The notes beneath the pieces are model-generated. The model saw nothing but the letters and a program-made list of their open reading frames with translations, was not told the DNA's origin and ran no database searches. This document shows positions 44,475-53,245 of a DNA stretch of 64,000 nt, piece after piece. Positions within the stretch are counted from its first letter, which is position 1, and each line of letters opens with the position of its first letter. This DNA comes from Candidatus Bathyarchaeota archaeon (GTDB lineage: Archaea > Thermoproteota > Bathyarchaeia > TCS64): NCBI GenBank assembly GCA_016783455.1, contig JADHWN010000004.1, positions 27,541 through 91,540 of the forward strand, written 5' to 3'. A program made the position numbers and the translations under genes.

Positions 44475-46247
44475 ATGTCGGATGATTATGACATCCTGAT
44501 AAAGAACGGAACCATCGTGGATGGGACCGGCTCACCAGCCTACAAGGGCGCCGTGGCGATCAAGGACGAGCGCATCGTGGCCATGGGGAAGGTGGAGGGG
44601 GGCCTCACCAAGGGCGCCGAGACGGTCATCGATGCTGAGGGAAAGGTGGTCACCCCCGGGTTCATCGACGTCCACAACCACGGGGACATGACGATCCTCT
44701 ACTACCCCCAGGCAGACGGCTACCTACGCCAGGGGATAACCACCTTCGTGGGCGGTAACTGCGGCTCCAGCCCGGCGCCCTTCGAGGACGAGGTCAGCCT
44801 CGGGATGGGGCTCTACGACCTCTACTACGACCTCAGCCCGGACATGTACTACCCGACCAGCCTCGTTGACAGGGACGCGTTCAACGAGAAGCACAAGGAG
44901 ATGTTCGGCTGGGAGGTCAGCTGGCGCACCATGGGCGACTTCATGAAGGAGGTCGAGGGCAAGGGCCTCAGCCCCAACTACGTACCCATCCTAGGTCACC
45001 ACCCCATCAGGCACGTGGTGATGAGCCACGACTCCAAGCGCCACGCGACCCCCGAGGAGGTCGAGGAGATGAAGGTCCACGTCAGGCAGGCCATGGAGGA
45101 CGGCTGCAAGGGCATCAGCGTCGGGAGGGACTATGAGCCCAGCTACTGGGCGGGCTTCGACGAGTTAGTCGCCCTCGCATCGGTGGTCTCCGAGTACGGA
45201 GGCGTCTACACGTGCCACAGCCTCAGGACGGGCCTCAGGAAGGCACGCAGACCCGGGGAGTTCCCTCCTGTCAAGGTGGAGGGGCTCAAGGAGGCACTGA
45301 ACGTCGGCAGGGAGGCGAAGATATCAGTCCAGATCTCACACCTGGGCACACTACACGACGTCTCCCCCATGGGGGATAAGGACCTCAGCGTATCCGCCGC
45401 AAAGGCGACTCTGAAGCTCGTGGACGACGCCATCGCCGACGGGGTATCGGTGGGCTTCGACCTCATCCCCAACGTGAGGGGCTTCGGCACGAGCTCCAAC
45501 AACTGGCTGGTCTCCAGCCTCCTCCCCTGGCTCAAGTTGACGGGGAGCAGGGAACAGCTGGCAAAGGCCCTCAGGATGAAGGAGTTCAGGGAGGAGATCA
45601 AGAAGACGATCTGGTCGGGGAAGTACTACGGCCTCAACCCCAACATAAGCCCCACGTGGGCCCAGGGGAAGCGCATCATGGAGTCCAAGGAGGAGGGCTT
45701 CGTGGACAAGACGGTGGCCCAGGTCGCCGAGGAGACGGGGGTCGACCCCCTCGACGCCCTCATGGACGTCATAATGACAGACCCCGACGCCAAGACAGGC
45801 AGCATGGGCCGCCAGTCCCCCACGAAGTACCTGTTCTACCAGCACCCGTCCTCCATGATCGGGGTCGACACCTACGCCATAGACACCTCCTACGTCACCA
45901 AGAACCCCGCTTGGAGCCGCCCCAGCGAGAACAGCTTCGGGGGCTTCGCCGCCTACTTCAGGGACGTGGTGAGGGAGGGGAAGATCCTCAACGTCGAGGA
46001 GGCCGTCAAGAAGGTGACCTCCACGTCGGCCGAGAAGTTCGGTCTCAAGGACAGGGGAGTCCTGAAGGCGGGAGCGTACGCGGACATCGTGGTCATGGAC
46101 CTGGAGACGGTGGCACCGAGGGCGACACCCCTGAACCCCTGCCTCTATCCTGAGGGGATCGAGCACGTCTTCGTGAACGGTGGGCAGGTCGTCAAGGACT
46201 CCGAGCATACGGGGGCCCGACCTGGGAAGGTTCTCCGCAGAGAATAG
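44475..46247 (+). CDS. D-aminoacylase family amidohydrolase, paralogue 3
   Basis: 590 aa with PGFIDVHNHGD, VGGNCG and VQISHLGT. Confidence 0.8.
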   Translation: MSDDYDILIKNGTIVDGTGSPAYKGAVAIKDERIVAMGKVEGGLTKGAETVIDAEGKVVTPGFIDVHNHGDMTILYYPQADGYLRQGITTFVGGNCGSSPAPFEDEVSLGMGLYDLYYDLSPDMYYPTSLVDRDAFNEKHKEMFGWEVSWRTMGDFMKEVEGKGLSPNYVPILGHHPIRHVVMSHDSKRHATPEEVEEMKVHVRQAMEDGCKGISVGRDYEPSYWAGFDELVALASVVSEYGGVYTCHSLRTGLRKARRPGEFPPVKVEGLKEALNVGREAKISVQISHLGTLHDVSPMGDKDLSVSAAKATLKLVDDAIADGVSVGFDLIPNVRGFGTSSNNWLVSSLLPWLKLTGSREQLAKALRMKEFREEIKKTIWSGKYYGLNPNISPTWAQGKRIMESKEEGFVDKTVAQVAEETGVDPLDALMDVIMTDPDAKTGSMGRQSPTKYLFYQHPSSMIGVDTYAIDTSYVTKNPAWSRPSENSFGGFAAYFRDVVREGKILNVEEAVKKVTSTSAEKFGLKDRGVLKAGAYADIVVMDLETVAPRATPLNPCLYPEGIEHVFVNGGQVVKDSEHTGARPGKVLRRE

Positions 46248-46339
46248 GATCCCTTACAACTCCCTTTCCTCCCACATTCCAAACTCGCAATCTCAAGTGT
46301 TTTTAACACCTTCTAGGACCCTTTCACTGGTGAAAATTA

Positions 46340-48874
46340 ATGTCGAACGTTACATCCCCCGAGGAGTTCTTCGGCTTCCAGCTCGGGAGCGACAGGAAGA
46401 TCGCTCGATGGGACAAGATCGTGGAATACTTCAACAAGCTGCAGGAGCAGAGTGACAAGATAAAGGTCATCGACATGGGCCCCTCCACCGAGGACCACCC
46501 GTTCCTCCTGTGCATCATCTCTTCAGCCAAGAACCTGAAGAACCTGGAGAAGATCCGGAAGAACAACAACAGGCTCGCAGACCCCGAGGGCCTCTCCAAG
46601 GAGGAGGTGAAGAAGCTCATCAAGGACGGCAAGGCCGTCATCTGCCAGTCAATGAGCCTCCACGCCACAGAGATAGGTGGCACCCAGATGGCCCCGGAGC
46701 TAACCTATGACCTTCTCTCAAGGGACGACGCCGAGACGAAACGCATACTGGACAACGTCGTATTCCTCATGGTGCCCTGCTTCAACCCCGACGGCCAGAT
46801 CATGGTCACGGACTGGTACAACGAGTGGGTGGGCACCGAGTACGAGGGCACGGGCCTCCCCTGGCTCTACCACAAGTACGTGGGCCACGACAACAACAGG
46901 GACGCCTTCCAGACCAACATGATGGAGTCCAAGTACATGGCTAAGATCATGTTCCAGGACTGGACCCCCCAGCACTACGTCGACCACCACCACATGGGGA
47001 GCTACGGACCCCGGCTCTACGTGCCACCCTACGCCGAGCCCATCCACCCCCACGCCGACCCCCTCATCTGGAGGGAGCACAGCTGGTACGGCTCCCACAT
47101 GGCGTACAGGCTCGAGGAGGAAGGGAAATCCGGCATCATCAACGGCGCCCAGTTCCTCGCCTGGGGCCACCTAGGATTCCACTGGATCACCATCTACCAC
47201 AACATTGCAGGCACCCTCACCGAATCAGCGAGCGCCCGCCTTGCCTCCCCCCTCTACATACACCCCAGCCAGCTCACCGGAGACAGAAGGGGAACACTAC
47301 CCACATACGATCCCCAGACCAACTTCCCAAATCCCTGGCCGGGAGGCTGGTGGAGGCTGAGGGACATCGTCGAGCAACAGAAGATCTCAGCGTGGGCGGC
47401 CCTAGACATGGCCGCGAGGAACAAGGACACGGCCCTCAAGAACGCCTACCTGAAGGCGAAGAGGCAGACCAAGAGGGGAGCCAAAGGTAGCCCTGCAGCG
47501 TACATCATCCCATGCACTCAGCATGATCCGCTGACCACCGCCAAGATGGTGGAGAAACTCCTGGTGCAGGGCATCAAGATCCATGTCGCCAGGGAGGAGT
47601 TCATCATCGACGACATCATCTACCCCGCGGGGTCCTACGTCGTGGACTGCGCCCAGCCGAAGAGCGGCCTCGTGAAGACCCTCCTGGGACAGACGATCTA
47701 CCCCGACCATCCCTGGACGAGGGCGAGGGACGGCTCTCCCCTGAGGCCTCAGGACACGGCCACGGACACCATGTTCGAGTACATGGGCGTCAGGGTTGAC
47801 CCTGTGGGGGTCTACCCAGGCGACGTCCTGGATCCCATCGAGGAGGCAGCGTGGCCTGAAGGCTGCATCGTCGGGACCTCCAGGAAGGGCTACGCCCTAG
47901 ACTGCAGGATCAACGACAGCTACACAGCCGTTAACAGGCTTCTCCAAGGAGGGGCTGATGTCTCGAGGACGGGCTGCGAGGTCACCTGCGGAGACGTCTG
48001 CCTGCCACCGGGAACCTTCATCGTGAAGGCGAAGAAGGCCGACTTAGCCAAGGTGGCGGAGGACCTGAAACTGGCCTTCCACGCGGTCGATGGGGACATG
48101 GGAGAGTCGACTCCCGTCAAGGCTCCCAGGCTCGGCATGTACCAGAGGTACTGGGGAGGCAACATGGACGAGGGATGGACCCGGTTCGTCCTGGAGTCCT
48201 TCGAGTTCCCCTACACCACCCTCATGGACGAGGAGATCAAGACGGGCGACCTCAAGAAGAAGTATGACACCATCATCCTCCCCAACGACGCCGAGGCCAT
48301 GATAATGGGCAAAGACCTCGAGGAGTATTACAAGAAGCGATTCGGCGGGGCGATGTCACCGCCCAACTACCCACCGGAGTACCGGAGCGGCATTGGCGAC
48401 GAGGGGGTCGAGGCTCTCAAGAAGTTCGTGGAGGAGGGTGGGACCCTCGTCTGCTTCGACGGGGCGTGCGACTTCGCAATCAGCAAGCTCAAGCTGAAGC
48501 TGACCAACGCCCTGGACGGACTGTCCTCAAAGGAGTTCTTCTGCCCCGGCTCGACCCTCCATGCATGCGTCGACCCCACCCACCCCGCAGCATACGGCAT
48601 GACCGCTGACAGCCTACTCTTCTTCTGGAACAGCCAGGCCTTCAACATTGTACCCTCAGGCGAGAACGATAAGTACGAGGTCGTCGCCACCTACCCCGAG
48701 AGGGAGATGCTGGAGAGCGGCTGGCTCATCGGCGAGGGGCAGCTCAAGCGGAAGGCAGCGATGGTGGTGGCGAGGCACGGGGAAGGCAAGGTGGTCCTCA
48801 TAGGATTCCGACCCCAGCACAGGGCCCAGACCCACGGCACGTACAAGCTCGTCTTCAACAGCCTCTACGGCTAG
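46340..48874 (+). CDS. large M14-family zinc carboxypeptidase-like protein
   Basis: 844 aa. SMSLHATEIGG is an HxxE zinc motif, and FNPDG, NNRD and a downstream His are present. Confidence 0.7.
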   Translation: MSNVTSPEEFFGFQLGSDRKIARWDKIVEYFNKLQEQSDKIKVIDMGPSTEDHPFLLCIISSAKNLKNLEKIRKNNNRLADPEGLSKEEVKKLIKDGKAVICQSMSLHATEIGGTQMAPELTYDLLSRDDAETKRILDNVVFLMVPCFNPDGQIMVTDWYNEWVGTEYEGTGLPWLYHKYVGHDNNRDAFQTNMMESKYMAKIMFQDWTPQHYVDHHHMGSYGPRLYVPPYAEPIHPHADPLIWREHSWYGSHMAYRLEEEGKSGIINGAQFLAWGHLGFHWITIYHNIAGTLTESASARLASPLYIHPSQLTGDRRGTLPTYDPQTNFPNPWPGGWWRLRDIVEQQKISAWAALDMAARNKDTALKNAYLKAKRQTKRGAKGSPAAYIIPCTQHDPLTTAKMVEKLLVQGIKIHVAREEFIIDDIIYPAGSYVVDCAQPKSGLVKTLLGQTIYPDHPWTRARDGSPLRPQDTATDTMFEYMGVRVDPVGVYPGDVLDPIEEAAWPEGCIVGTSRKGYALDCRINDSYTAVNRLLQGGADVSRTGCEVTCGDVCLPPGTFIVKAKKADLAKVAEDLKLAFHAVDGDMGESTPVKAPRLGMYQRYWGGNMDEGWTRFVLESFEFPYTTLMDEEIKTGDLKKKYDTIILPNDAEAMIMGKDLEEYYKKRFGGAMSPPNYPPEYRSGIGDEGVEALKKFVEEGGTLVCFDGACDFAISKLKLKLTNALDGLSSKEFFCPGSTLHACVDPTHPAAYGMTADSLLFFWNSQAFNIVPSGENDKYEVVATYPEREMLESGWLIGEGQLKRKAAMVVARHGEGKVVLIGFRPQHRAQTHGTYKLVFNSLYG

Positions 48875-48880
48875 ACCCCC

Positions 48881-48886
48881 TTTTTT
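48881..48886 (+). terminator. oligo-T tract after the M14 gene
   Basis: TAG ACCCCC TTTTTT. Confidence 0.35.
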
Positions 48887-48962
48887 ATTACTTTCACCCA
48901 TCTCTCCCTGCTCCAAGGACCTGAGTCCCCTTTATCAGTGAAGCCACGAAGCCAAGCACGCA

Positions 48963-49172
48963 ATGGCGACCCTGACCCACAACAGGCCTAGGATACACGT
49001 CATCGAGCTCGCTCCCTTCGGATACCGATACTACAAGGGGGCTTTCGAGTCCTTCGATGAGGTCCCGCCGAGATACACTTGGCGCGAGGTCGACTACAGG
49101 GTCGACGACACCATGGTCTATGTGGACCTATTGAACTCGGAAGTCAAGAACCGGTGTCAGCTGTACCAGTAG
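48963..49172 (+). CDS. hypothetical 69-aa protein
   Basis: ORF only; no recognisable family. Confidence 0.3.
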   Translation: MATLTHNRPRIHVIELAPFGYRYYKGAFESFDEVPPRYTWREVDYRVDDTMVYVDLLNSEVKNRCQLYQ

Positions 49173-49288
49173 AAAGACCTGCAATTTTCTATGATGACTC
49201 TCCAAAAGATGCGAATCTTCCCCGGGTTCTCCACATTAAGAAAGTTAACCTTTTATCTCAAGCAGTAAAATCTGAGCTAGTGTGTTCT

Positions 49289-49723
49289 ATGACGTCTAAT
49301 AGGAAATCTGATCCGTTGAGACAAGCCGCCCGTATGGCTCGGGACCTCTGGATCTATTTTAAGAGTGGTCACAGTGGGTACTTCGCGTTCATCCTGAGCA
49401 TGTTGAACTTCGTTGTTCTCCAGTACAATCTCTTTGTAGAGAGAATTCCCTTCCTGAAACAGTATATGCCCCGGATGAGCACTTTCATCATTCTGTTCTC
49501 ACTCATCTACTTCCCGGTGGCGATCTTAATCGGACGCTTCGAGTTCAAGAAGGGTACGACCATGAGGCAACCCTTCCTTGCGCCTTTTACCCAGGACAAT
49601 ATAGAGTCCAATATTCGACTGAGGCGTAGTCTCATGCATTACTATAATGGAGAGAAAGAAGACGCAATGAAGGAGTTAGTTGAGAGTGAGAGGCTACTAG
49701 TAAAATGGAAATTTGAATCCTAA
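49289..49723 (+). CDS. hypothetical membrane protein (about 3 TM)
   Basis: The ATG at 49289 gives 144 aa with hydrophobic helices. The longer form in the ORF track overlaps the previous ORF. This segment is low in GC. Confidence 0.45.
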   Translation: MTSNRKSDPLRQAARMARDLWIYFKSGHSGYFAFILSMLNFVVLQYNLFVERIPFLKQYMPRMSTFIILFSLIYFPVAILIGRFEFKKGTTMRQPFLAPFTQDNIESNIRLRRSLMHYYNGEKEDAMKELVESERLLVKWKFES

Positions 49724-49854
49724 GCCTTTAGTTTTATTCTACTAGATTGGATAACTCTAAAATAAATTTCAGCTCTTCCAATGTAAAAGAGGATTAGGCC
49801 GAATGCTCATTCATTGTATTTAATATAATGTAATCATAGGTTTTGTGATACAAT

Positions 49855-50115
49855 ATGGGTTGGAAGGAGCCAGTTTACGAGGCGACTGTTGAGTCCATCG
49901 AGAGGAGCTGCAGCGCGGGTCACAAGGTCGGCGATGTCTTCGAGATCAACACCCACGAGACGGGGGGCATCTGTGGCTACTGCTACCACGACCTCTTCCC
50001 GACGCTGATGTGCATCTGCTTCGGTGGTAAGATCCCGTGGCAGGACTCGGATGAGTTCGCCTACAAGTGCCCGGACAGCTACAATCTTGTCGCCTTCAAG
50101 GTCAAGAAGAAGTGA
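49855..50115 (+). CDS. small Cys-rich TIGR04076-like protein
   Basis: 86 aa. CSAGHKVGDVFEI, GGICGYCYHDLFP, FGGKIPW and the ending LVAFKVKK resemble the family pattern. A paralogue lies at 55718. Confidence 0.6.
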   Translation: MGWKEPVYEATVESIERSCSAGHKVGDVFEINTHETGGICGYCYHDLFPTLMCICFGGKIPWQDSDEFAYKCPDSYNLVAFKVKKK

Positions 50116-50134
50116 GAACTCGCCACATTCACCC

Positions 50135-50140
50135 TTTTTT
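50135..50140 (+). terminator. oligo-T tract after the TIGR04076-like gene
   Basis: ACCCTTTTTT lies 20 nt after the stop codon. Confidence 0.3.
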
Positions 50141-50353
50141 ATGATGATGGTTATGGGCATTCAATCAATATTAACATATGAGTACATAGAGTGAAGGGAG
50201 TAAATTATAGTAGTCATAAACTGTCGTGCTCGTAGATTGTTGAAGAAGTAGTTATGGTCTTGCGACCTATAGTAATAATATTGTGTTACTCTCAAATAAT
50301 GTCTATCCTAACAGTTATTACATCGAGTCCACCAAAAATGATCTAGAATCACA

Positions 50354-50776
50354 ATGAATTTCAAGAACAGGAAAGGCATCTCAACGTTCGTCGCCATCCT
50401 CCTGATGATCCTCCTGGCCGTCGCGGCCGGCGTGGTAATCTACGCCTACACCATGGGTTACTTCGGAAACCTCGGAGGCACCTCTACGCCGGGCACGATT
50501 TCGCTGGACTCGGCCTCCCTTAACGGGACGACCCACGTGATGAAGGCATACATAAGGAACGTCGGAAGGGGGTCCGTCGACTTCGACAACATCTACGTTA
50601 ACGGCACCCTGGTACCGGATGGCAACGTCACCGCGAATCCTGATCCAGTCTCGGAGGGAGACGTCTCGGAGATCACGGTGACGTACTGGGCCTTCGAGAC
50701 GCCGAAAACATACGAGATTAAGATCGTCGCAGAGGACAACACTCAGCTGGCCTTCAGCGTGAAAGCTACCTCATAA
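50354..50776 (+). CDS. archaeal type IV pilin-like protein (class III signal peptide)
   Basis: MNFKNRKGIS/TFVAILLMILLAVAAGVVIYAY is a typical prepilin-peptidase site followed by a hydrophobic helix. Confidence 0.75.
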   Translation: MNFKNRKGISTFVAILLMILLAVAAGVVIYAYTMGYFGNLGGTSTPGTISLDSASLNGTTHVMKAYIRNVGRGSVDFDNIYVNGTLVPDGNVTANPDPVSEGDVSEITVTYWAFETPKTYEIKIVAEDNTQLAFSVKATS

Positions 50777-50815
50777 ACCACTTTTAATGTTAATGGTACA
50801 TGTTCGTGTGTAGCA

Positions 50816-50989
50816 ATGCCGAAAAGAAGGAGGGTTGTGAGCGAGATAGTCGCCAGTCTCATGCTGCTGCTTATAGTCAGCGCCCTCGGCACGGCGCTCA
50901 ACAGCTACACCCTCACCATAACCCAGGGGCAGCACGATGACCTGACCTCTGAGATGTCAAGGGCTGAACAGACATCAATTAACCCATAG
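50816..50989 (+). CDS. short (57 aa) pilin-like ORF
   Basis: MPKRRRVVSEIVASLMLLLIVSALG.. is a class-III-signal-like N-terminus. The ORF is below the 60-aa cutoff of the ORF track. Confidence 0.4.
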   Translation: MPKRRRVVSEIVASLMLLLIVSALGTALNSYTLTITQGQHDDLTSEMSRAEQTSINP

Positions 50990-51345
50990 TCCCCGTTTGG
51001 CCCATATCGCAACAGCCTTTTCAGGTGGCTTAGGCTTCTTGGCGAAGAACATGAAGACTATGGATAGCACCTGAAGCCCCGCAATAATTATGAACGCCGA
51101 AGTGTAGCTCCCGGTCTCATCGTACGTCCATCCGGCGAAGACGGGGTATACGATGTTGGTAATCGCCGTGAAGAGGATGTTGTAACCGGTGATGGTCGCA
51201 TAGGCCTTCCTACCAAATTAGCTCGCCCGGAGGGAGGATGAGACTGGGATCGTCCCACCGTACCCCACGCCGTAGATGATGACGAAAAGCAGTATCTGCG
51301 TCATGTTTGTTGCAGCCATCCAGATCAGGACACGCGCGCGTGAAT
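50975..51345 (-). pseudogene. MFS transporter relic (C-terminal roughly 110 codons, with an internal TAA)
   Basis: The minus-strand translation reads ..ILLFVIIYGVGYGGTIPVSSSLRAS*FGRKAYATITGYNILF..PVFAGWTYDETGSYTSAFIIIAGL..KKPKPP. The internal stop is at 51218-51220. The N-terminal roughly 300 codons are absent. Confidence 0.65.
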
Positions 51346-51370
51346 AACTAGCATCTCTACAGAAGACTAA

Positions 51371-53245
51371 TCAGCCAATGGCGACCAGCTGCATCTCGCA
51401 GAGCCTCCTATAGAGCTCGTTTCTCTCTATGAGCTCGTCGTGGGAGCCGACGTCCTCGATCCTCCCCTCGTTGAGTATGATGATCCTGTCTGCATCCCTC
51501 ACCGTGGAGACCCTGTGGGTGACCAGGAGCACCGTCCGGTTCACCATCTCCTCCTTCAGGGCGTTCTGGATGAGGGCCTCGGTGTAGGGGTCCACGCTGC
51601 TCGTGGCCTCGTCGAAGACGAGTATCCTGGGGTCGGCCAGTATGGCCCTGCCGAGGCAGACGAGCTGGCGCTGCCCGAAGGAGAGGTTCGTCCCCCTCTC
51701 AAGGATGGCCGTGTCGTATCCGTCCTTGAGCCTCATGACGGACTCGTGGACCCCCACGATCTTGGCGGCCTGGATCATCTCCTCATCAGTCGCTTGGGGA
51801 CGCCCGAACTTGAGGTTGTACGCTATGGTGCCCGAGAAGAGATAGGGCTCCTGGAGAACGATGGACAGGGTCCTCCTGAGGGTGCCGAACTTCACTTTCC
51901 GGAGGTCGACGCCGTCTATCTCGATGGACCCCTCCTGGGGATCGTACATCCGTCCCAAGAGGTTGATGATGGAGGACTTGCCCGCGCCAGTGGGACCGAA
52001 TATGGCGAGGCGCTCCCCAGGTTGAGCGTCGAAGGAGATGTCCTGGAGAACCGGCTGCCCCTCGACGTAGCTGAATCCTACCTTCTCGAACCTGACGCGG
52101 CCCTCGACCTTTTGGAGGTCGACGGCGTCCGGGGCCTCGGAGACCTCTGGCTCAAGGTCGAGGATGGTGAATATCCGCTCCGCCCCAGCGATGGCGCTCT
52201 GGATCTCCCCGTAGAACAACGCGAGGTTCTGGATGGGATTGAAGAAGTTGGTAGCGTACTGGGAGAAGGCCACGAGCTGGCCCAAGGTCTGCGACGCGAT
52301 CATGACCCGTTGTCCCCCCAGGTACCAGACTGCGGCCGTCATGATCGAGCTGAGGACTGTGACCACCCCTGTAAAGGCGACCGAGACGGACTCGGCTCTA
52401 ATCTGGACCCTCATGTTCTGCTCGTTGACCTCGTCGAACTCCACCAGCGAGCGCTCCTCCTGGGTCAGGGCCTTCGTCACCTTGGCGCCGTACATTAAGT
52501 CCTGGACCTTACCGGTGAGGCTCGCAACGTTCCTGCGGGCGGTCCTCCAGGCGTCCTTTATCCACCCCTGAAAGACCCTGCTGACTAGGGCTAAGACCGG
52601 GGCTATGAGCATGGCCACAAGCGTGAGCTGGAGGTCCAGCACGGCCATGACCGCTAGGATCACGACCGCCATCAAAAGGTCCGCGAAGAGCCCCACGACC
52701 CCCGTGGACATCAGCTTCTTCAGGGCCTCCGCGTCGTTGGTCACCCTGGACACCAGCCTCCCCGTGTTGCCATGCTCGAAGAACCTCTGGGACAGGTCCC
52801 CCAGATGCCTGAAGAAGTCGGCCCTGATGTCCGCTATGACTATCAGACCCAGCTTGTCGATGTAATAGGTCTGGAACGACGTGACGATCCACTGTACGAG
52901 TGAGATGCCGACGTACAGCAGGGCCGCTGAGAGCAGGATCGAGGCGGTCCCCGGCGAGGGCTGGCCGCTCATTGAAACCGCAATCCCCTGTATTATGTCC
53001 GCCAGCCACATGCCGTCCACGGTGGGAGTGTCGTTTATGAAGAAGTCGATGGTCACCTTGTAGATGTACGGCCCAGCCAGGAGCGTGACCATCTTCGCGA
53101 GTATGAGGACGATCTTGAGGGCAAAGAGGGCCCTGTGACGGAGCATGTAATCAAATATTATCCGCCGCATCAGGGCGAGGTCACTGTAGCTCCTCTCGGT
53201 GGACTCCAGGGACCCCACGTCGTACCTGTCGACGTACTCGGCCAT
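51371..53245 (-). CDS. ABC exporter, fused TMD-NBD half-transporter (subunit 2)
   Basis: 624 aa with GPTGAGKSS, LSFGQRQLV and ILVFDEATS. Its start overlaps the upstream stop (TGATG). Confidence 0.9.
   Translation of the reverse strand: MAEYVDRYDVGSLESTERSYSDLALMRRIIFDYMLRHRALFALKIVLILAKMVTLLAGPYIYKVTIDFFINDTPTVDGMWLADIIQGIAVSMSGQPSPGTASILLSAALLYVGISLVQWIVTSFQTYYIDKLGLIVIADIRADFFRHLGDLSQRFFEHGNTGRLVSRVTNDAEALKKLMSTGVVGLFADLLMAVVILAVMAVLDLQLTLVAMLIAPVLALVSRVFQGWIKDAWRTARRNVASLTGKVQDLMYGAKVTKALTQEERSLVEFDEVNEQNMRVQIRAESVSVAFTGVVTVLSSIMTAAVWYLGGQRVMIASQTLGQLVAFSQYATNFFNPIQNLALFYGEIQSAIAGAERIFTILDLEPEVSEAPDAVDLQKVEGRVRFEKVGFSYVEGQPVLQDISFDAQPGERLAIFGPTGAGKSSIINLLGRMYDPQEGSIEIDGVDLRKVKFGTLRRTLSIVLQEPYLFSGTIAYNLKFGRPQATDEEMIQAAKIVGVHESVMRLKDGYDTAILERGTNLSFGQRQLVCLGRAILADPRILVFDEATSSVDPYTEALIQNALKEEMVNRTVLLVTHRVSTVRDADRIIILNEGRIEDVGSHDELIERNELYRRLCEMQLVAIG

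Noticed and set aside
50141-50230. A C-box-like ATGATGA after the TIGR04076-like gene, and a similar AATGATGA at 37130, as candidate C/D-box sRNAs.
   Set aside because: No D box (CTGA) or C'/D' boxes lie at the appropriate spacing, and there are no terminal complementary ends.
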